Source of the DNA: a virus
Lineage: Duplodnaviria; Caudoviricetes
Virus record (IMG/VR): IMGVR_UViG_3300044983_000295
Location: 1-29,089 of that record
DNA length: 29,089 bases
Direction: 5' to 3' (one strand)
Part shown: in pieces, positions 25,130-29,089 of the stretch
Layout: each line of letters begins with the position of its first letter
Numbering within the stretch: position 1 is the stretch's first letter
Translations under genes and position numbers: made by a program
The notes under the pieces: model-generated
What the model saw: only the letters and a program-made list of their open reading frames with translations
Database searches by the model: none
Told to the model about the DNA's origin: nothing

Positions 25130-26451
25130 GTTTCGACTGCATAAGCCGCAGGCGCGATGGCCGGTTGTTTGGCAGCGTGCAGGCCGAGCGCCTTGCTCCA
25201 AAATCTGTCGCAGTGTGAATCCTCGCTTTCGCCCACGAACCGGATGTTCCCCGCGGCGGTGGTTTCCTTCCGGATCCCGCGCAGGTCCGCGCGCAAGGCG
25301 GCATCGCGCGGGATACGGATGCGCCGGTCCTCGAAGGCGCTGCGCACGGGATAAGCCAGCTCCTCCTTGACCGGACCGGTGAATGTGACGGCCTCGACTT
25401 TCCAGGAGAACTTGTCGATCGCGCGTTCGGCGAGCTGCATGCCCAGGCCGGTGCCGTCAATGCAGCAGCGTTTGACCTGGGGCAATGCCAGGTACCGATA
25501 CAGGATATCCTCCATTTCGCTGAACTTAGTGTTCAGCATCTCGATCCGGGTCCGCTCCCACATGACGTCCCCGATCTTTTCTTCAATATCGATTACGGCC
25601 AGATGCTGTTTGCGCGCGACATCCACTCCAATGAAAAGCGGGTTCTTGGCATCGAGCAGATAATCGTAATCCTTGTGGCAGTTCTCCGCTTCAGCGGCCG
25701 CGATCAATTCATAGGTGATGAAGGCCGAAGCATCATCGGCAGGCACACAGCAATACTCCTGCAACCATTGTTCCTCATCGATGCATTCGCGGCGGAGCCG
25801 ATTGGTAAAATCTTCCCGCGTCTCCGATCGTCCGCTGACCAGGTTGATCCGTTCCACGATGCCATCGAGCACGGCCCGCTGGATCGGGATGGTATGCAAA
25901 CTCCAGCCCATCGGATTGTCCTTCTCCTTGACGTCACGAATGAGCTCGTTGAACACCGTCCCCGTCCCGCGATGGGTGCTGATGACGCTGACCTGGCCGC
26001 CCCATTGCGTGGCCGGTTTGGCGATGCGATACAGCTCGCGTTGTTCGCGGTGCAGCGCGAATTCATCCAGCTTGATGTGCCCGGTCTTGCCCGCAAACGC
26101 ATCCGGCGAACTGGACAACGAATAGATGCTCAGGCCATTGGCGAATTTCAGCTCGAACGCGGTGAGATCTTTGTCCTTGTCGAACAGGACTTCGCCCAGA
26201 TCTTCGGCCGCATGATTCAGGATCCGGGCCCAGCGTTTGCAATAGAGCAGGTATTGCTTGGCCTGGACCATGTCCCGCGAACCGACGAACACGGGCAGAC
26301 GCGCGTCTTTGGGCGCAACCTTTTTGACCGTGTCGTACGAATCGGCATAGCTCAGCCCGATCTGCCGGCCCTTCTCGCAAATCCGGAGCGGGGCCTGGTC
26401 TTTGATCCAGCCGGCCTGGTAGGGCAGAAAATATTTTTGCTCGCGACTCAC
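25126..26451 (-). CDS. terL: Terminase large subunit, Mu gp28-like
   Basis: FLPYQAGWIKD..LRICEKGRQIGLS, LDEFALH (Walker B), ISTHRG, IGVDVAR, IDGTGLG..LAE, HCDRFWS nuclease motifs. Confidence 0.93.
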   Translation of the reverse strand: MSREQKYFLPYQAGWIKDQAPLRICEKGRQIGLSYADSYDTVKKVAPKDARLPVFVGSRDMVQAKQYLLYCKRWARILNHAAEDLGEVLFDKDKDLTAFELKFANGLSIYSLSSSPDAFAGKTGHIKLDEFALHREQRELYRIAKPATQWGGQVSVISTHRGTGTVFNELIRDVKEKDNPMGWSLHTIPIQRAVLDGIVERINLVSGRSETREDFTNRLRRECIDEEQWLQEYCCVPADDASAFITYELIAAAEAENCHKDYDYLLDAKNPLFIGVDVARKQHLAVIDIEEKIGDVMWERTRIEMLNTKFSEMEDILYRYLALPQVKRCCIDGTGLGMQLAERAIDKFSWKVEAVTFTGPVKEELAYPVRSAFEDRRIRIPRDAALRADLRGIRKETTAAGNIRFVGESEDSHCDRFWSKALGLHAAKQPAIAPAAYAVET

Positions 26452-26990
26452 AGCAGATTCAGCTCCCGCTCGATGCGCTCGATGGTTTCAGTGGTCAGCC
26501 CGCCTTTGGCCGAAGCAACCTTGATCTCGTCGAGTTTCTTTTTCACCTCGGTCCGGAACCGTTCGTAGCCGAGCACCTCGCTGGAGATTTTGGCCAGGCC
26601 ATTCACGACCTTGCCATAGAGCGCCGGTTTTTCGGCCAGGACATCCTTGAACGCGCTCAGGTCGTAATCGGATAGGATTTCGTAGGCTTGCGCCGCGGCC
26701 AGGTGCAGGGCGGCTTCAGTGACTTTGCTCCCTTCGTTATCCTTCACGACGTCCAGCGCCTGCTCGCGCAACAGGCGCATCTGCTCGAGCCGCTCGTTTG
26801 ATTTGAGCCAATCCTGGTACCCGCCATCCTTCCAATTGGTCAGGTTCTGTTCGTTGATCCCGGCGAACCCGCGTTTCTCCAGCTCGGTGATGATGGCAGT
26901 GTACGGTTCGCCATCGAGGAGCATGAGATTGGCTGCGTCCCGATGTTCCTTCGGGATGCGGGCCATCTTGCCTGTGCGCCTTTGGCTCAT
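26448..26990 (-). CDS. Probable terminase small subunit (Mu gp27/DUF3486-like)
   Basis: GKMARIP.E.R...Y..I..EL N-terminus and GGLTTETIERIERELNLL C-terminus; GTGA overlap with terL. Confidence 0.7.
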   Translation of the reverse strand: MSQRRTGKMARIPKEHRDAANLMLLDGEPYTAIITELEKRGFAGINEQNLTNWKDGGYQDWLKSNERLEQMRLLREQALDVVKDNEGSKVTEAALHLAAAQAYEILSDYDLSAFKDVLAEKPALYGKVVNGLAKISSEVLGYERFRTEVKKKLDEIKVASAKGGLTTETIERIERELNLL

Positions 26991-26994
26991 TTGG

Positions 26995-27022
26995 TCCGTG
27001 TGAATCCGTGAAATCCGTGTCT
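26995..27022. repeat. CACGGAT-family repeat, single arm (copy 5)
   Basis: tccgtgtgaatccgtgaaatccgtgtct; one mismatch to the copy 1 and copy 3 right arms. Confidence 0.9.
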
Positions 27023-27279
27023 CATTGCAATTCGCGCCTGGCCGCTTCGCCCAGGTCAGTGATGGCCCATTTGCGTTCGCCGAGTTTGCCGGTGATACCG
27101 AGGATCCATTTGAGTTGCTCCGCTTCTTTCAATGCCGCTTCGAAATCGGACATCGTCGCCATCGGATTAACCCGCCCGGCAATGGCGCCGAACAATTGCC
27201 ATTCCACAAACAAGCCGCCGCTCAAGTCAGCGAGCACCTGCAGAACGGCACGGATGATCTGGCGCTGGTGTTGGGTCAT
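27022..27279 (-). CDS. Small winged-helix-like protein (Mu gp26-like position)
   Basis: IIRAVLQVL...FEAALKEAEQLKWI...WAITDLG pattern; immediately upstream of the small terminase. Confidence 0.6.
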   Translation of the reverse strand: MTQHQRQIIRAVLQVLADLSGGLFVEWQLFGAIAGRVNPMATMSDFEAALKEAEQLKWILGITGKLGERKWAITDLGEAARRELQ

Positions 27280-27719
27280 TGTCCGATTTCTTTTCTGATG
27301 CTTTGTGTGTCGATGGCGGCCATATCCAGTTTGTTGAGGACCGCATGATTCGTGATGGCGGTTTCGATCACGCGCACAAGCGAAGAGGGGTCCAGATCAT
27401 CCTTGCCTTTGACGAGATAAGCCGAGGCGCCGTCATGGATGAGTTTCCTGATAAGGGCCGGATCCGAATCGCCCGAGATGACGACAACAACGGCCTGGGG
27501 CACTGCCTGGAAGAAATGCGCGAGGCTTTTGTCCCGGCTTGAATCGGGCAGGTTGAGATCGAGCAATACACAATCAATTTGATGACCGAGACACCAGGTG
27601 ATGCCATCCGTCAGCGTCCGGGCTTCGAACACCTCCCATACCGGGATGAGCCAGCGCCGGATGATCAGCCGGTAATCGGGATCGTCTTCGATAATCAGGA
27701 TTTGTCGGCCTTGGCGCAT
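27276..27719 (-). CDS. Stand-alone response regulator receiver protein
   Basis: ILIIEDD, DCVLLDLNLPD (phospho-acceptor Asp), VVVISG, GASAYLVKG; no output domain. Confidence 0.9.
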   Translation of the reverse strand: MRQGRQILIIEDDPDYRLIIRRWLIPVWEVFEARTLTDGITWCLGHQIDCVLLDLNLPDSSRDKSLAHFFQAVPQAVVVVISGDSDPALIRKLIHDGASAYLVKGKDDLDPSSLVRVIETAITNHAVLNKLDMAAIDTQSIRKEIGQ

Positions 27720-27722
27720 CGT

Positions 27723-28100
27723 TCATTTGTTGGCGCGCACTTCACCGCGCAGTTCGGCAACGACTTCGAGAATCTGATTCACTCGGGTATGGATCTTTTC
27801 CGAGCGCGCCTCGCTAGCCGCCATGATCATGTCGCGATCGATTTTCCAATCGCGTTGGAGTTGGCCGAGATCGTTGGAGAGTTTGAGCACCTGTGAATTG
27901 AGCCGTTTTTCCAGATCCATCAGATGCCCGCTAACCACATAATCGCCCAGCGGCTGATAGATTTCGTGCGGAGGCGGTTTCATCTTAAAATGCTCGATGA
28001 ATTTTGCGCCCTGATTCAGGAACCACAGCACCCCGCCGCAAGCGATGATCCAGCCGCCGATCTGGATCGATGTCGGGGAGGGCAATTCGGCGAAGAGCAT
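27723..28100 (-). CDS. Membrane-anchored coiled-coil hypothetical protein (Mu gp25-like position)
   Basis: One N-terminal TM segment (IGGWIIACGGVLWFL) followed by heptad-rich helices. Confidence 0.65.
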   Translation of the reverse strand: MLFAELPSPTSIQIGGWIIACGGVLWFLNQGAKFIEHFKMKPPPHEIYQPLGDYVVSGHLMDLEKRLNSQVLKLSNDLGQLQRDWKIDRDMIMAASEARSEKIHTRVNQILEVVAELRGEVRANK

Positions 28101-28246
28101 TTAGATCATACCGCCCGGCGCCGGCCCCGCCCAGATCGGGCCGGTCGCCGGCTTTGCAATTCGCCGCGCAGACCCAACGACCTGGGACAAGTCTCGCAGC
28201 ATATGAACCGCGGATGCATCGCGCGGTCCGGTTCGCATGGTTTGGT

Positions 28247-28621
28247 TTAATGTAGGGGTTTATCATGACCTCCCGCTCCGCGCGGAGCTTCGCGGTGCCT
28301 GTGGGTGGTGACCACGACCTGTTCACCCCACGCGCCATACCAGGCGTAACCGTTCCTTCGCTCGGATTCGATCCCGGCGATGTCGTATTTCTTCACGCCA
28401 TCGCATGATGCGGTCGAATCCGGTACAGTTGCCTTGGCTACATCCTCGATGGCGAGGCATTCGCCAATCGTGATATAGGCATCGCTCGATCGGCATTCTG
28501 CCAGGCGGCCATTGCAAGATTGCGATTGCGGCTGAGAACCGTAAAGGAGGCCACTGAGGCCCGTCGTTAGATTTACAATCCGATCACCGTCCTTGGCTGG
28601 TCTGCCATTTTTATAATGCAT
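28247..28621 (-). CDS. Hypothetical phage protein
   Basis: MHYKNGRPAKDGD...CNG...ECL pattern recalled from uncharacterised phage proteins; co-oriented. Confidence 0.6.
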   Translation of the reverse strand: MHYKNGRPAKDGDRIVNLTTGLSGLLYGSQPQSQSCNGRLAECRSSDAYITIGECLAIEDVAKATVPDSTASCDGVKKYDIAGIESERRNGYAWYGAWGEQVVVTTHRHREAPRGAGGHDKPLH

Positions 28622-28634
28622 AAATTTGCCCCAT

Positions 28635-29087
28635 TCAAAACTTGTAGCTCAGCCCGAAGCGGATCTGGTCGTAATCCTCAGCCCGGCTTTCAAACACATG
28701 CCGGAATTCCGCAGTCGCCCCGACCCGCTCAGTCAACGCATAGGCGACACCAACGCCCACGTGTGTGTTCCAACGTTCCGTGTCCCAGTTCCGGCCGATA
28801 CCGGCCAACGCATACGGATTGAGTTTAATGTTGGTGGGGAAGCGCAGGACGAACGAGGCGCTCGAGTAATCAATGAACCCGCCACTGATCTCGCTAGCGG
28901 CATTGATCGTCGAGTCCAATTTCAACCCGACGTACTCGCCGAAGAACGTGTTGATGGCGATACCGGTGCCGAATGTGCCGCCGCCGAGCCCATGTTTGAG
29001 CAGGTCCTCAAATGGCCCGCGAGCGACTGAATAAGCGCCGTAAGTTTCGAGGGTGATCTCGGTGGGCTTAACTTTTTCGTAGAGCGA
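28635..29087 (-). CDS. Outer-membrane beta-barrel protein (5' truncated by the window edge)
   Basis: Frame is open to the edge; amphipathic strands, PYALAGIG, HVGVGVAY, terminal IRFGLSYKF beta-signal. Confidence 0.8.
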   Translation of the reverse strand, partial: SLYEKVKPTEITLETYGAYSVARGPFEDLLKHGLGGGTFGTGIAINTFFGEYVGLKLDSTINAASEISGGFIDYSSASFVLRFPTNIKLNPYALAGIGRNWDTERWNTHVGVGVAYALTERVGATAEFRHVFESRAEDYDQIRFGLSYKF

Positions 29088-29089
29088 CT

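Larger units (their letters stand above)
77..29089 (-). mobile_element. Prophage late region of a probable transposable (Mu-like) phage with a non-contractile tail; continues beyond the right edge of the window
   Basis: Co-oriented terminase, portal, protease, capsid, connector, tail tube, tape measure and tail tip genes with ATGA/GTGA overlaps; Mu gp26-28-like packaging genes; no sheath gene; end-like sequence at 77-175. Confidence 0.9.

Noticed and set aside
4603-26568. Long plus-strand ORFs (4603-5667, 8658-9845, 20772-22052, 25603-26568 and others)
   Set aside because: Antisense shadows of well-supported phage genes in GC-rich DNA.
27723-28100. Holin or spanin call
   Set aside because: Single TM only, no endolysin or lipoprotein partner visible; insufficient evidence.
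27985-28338. 117-aa minus-strand ORF
   Set aside because: Overlaps both neighbours substantially and has no motif; a shorter gene in 28101-28270 cannot be excluded.

Overview
Almost the whole window (about 77-29089, minus strand) is the late/morphogenesis arm of a prophage that is probably transposable (Mu-like). In order of transcription it carries: a partial outer-membrane beta-barrel, small hypotheticals, a stand-alone response-regulator receiver, Mu gp26/gp27/gp28-like packaging genes, an HK97-type portal fused to a Mu gpF/SPP1 gp7-like domain, an HK97-type prohead protease and major capsid protein, a ~9.5 kb cassette of predicted exported proteins, head-tail joining genes, a tail tube, G/GT chaperones with a -1 frameshift site, a tape measure, and an RcGTA-like tail tip (Dit+lectin, hub, NlpC/P60 fused to the tip protein). 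It ends in a putative transposon-type terminus (TG at 77 plus four TGGCG repeats). The most unusual part is the cassette between capsid and head-tail connector. Four co-oriented genes all begin with Sec-type signal peptides and are rich in TN and N-x-S/T motifs, including a ~1650-aa protein built from phage fibre modules and a gene in the decoration-protein position. An antisense PEP-CTERM gene is inserted among them. A ~9-bp-period CACGGAT repeat/hairpin family marks several gene junctions and is inserted in-frame once in the portal-gpF gene. The host is inferred to be Verrucomicrobiota-like. All family assignments come from motif recognition by eye, not from database searches.
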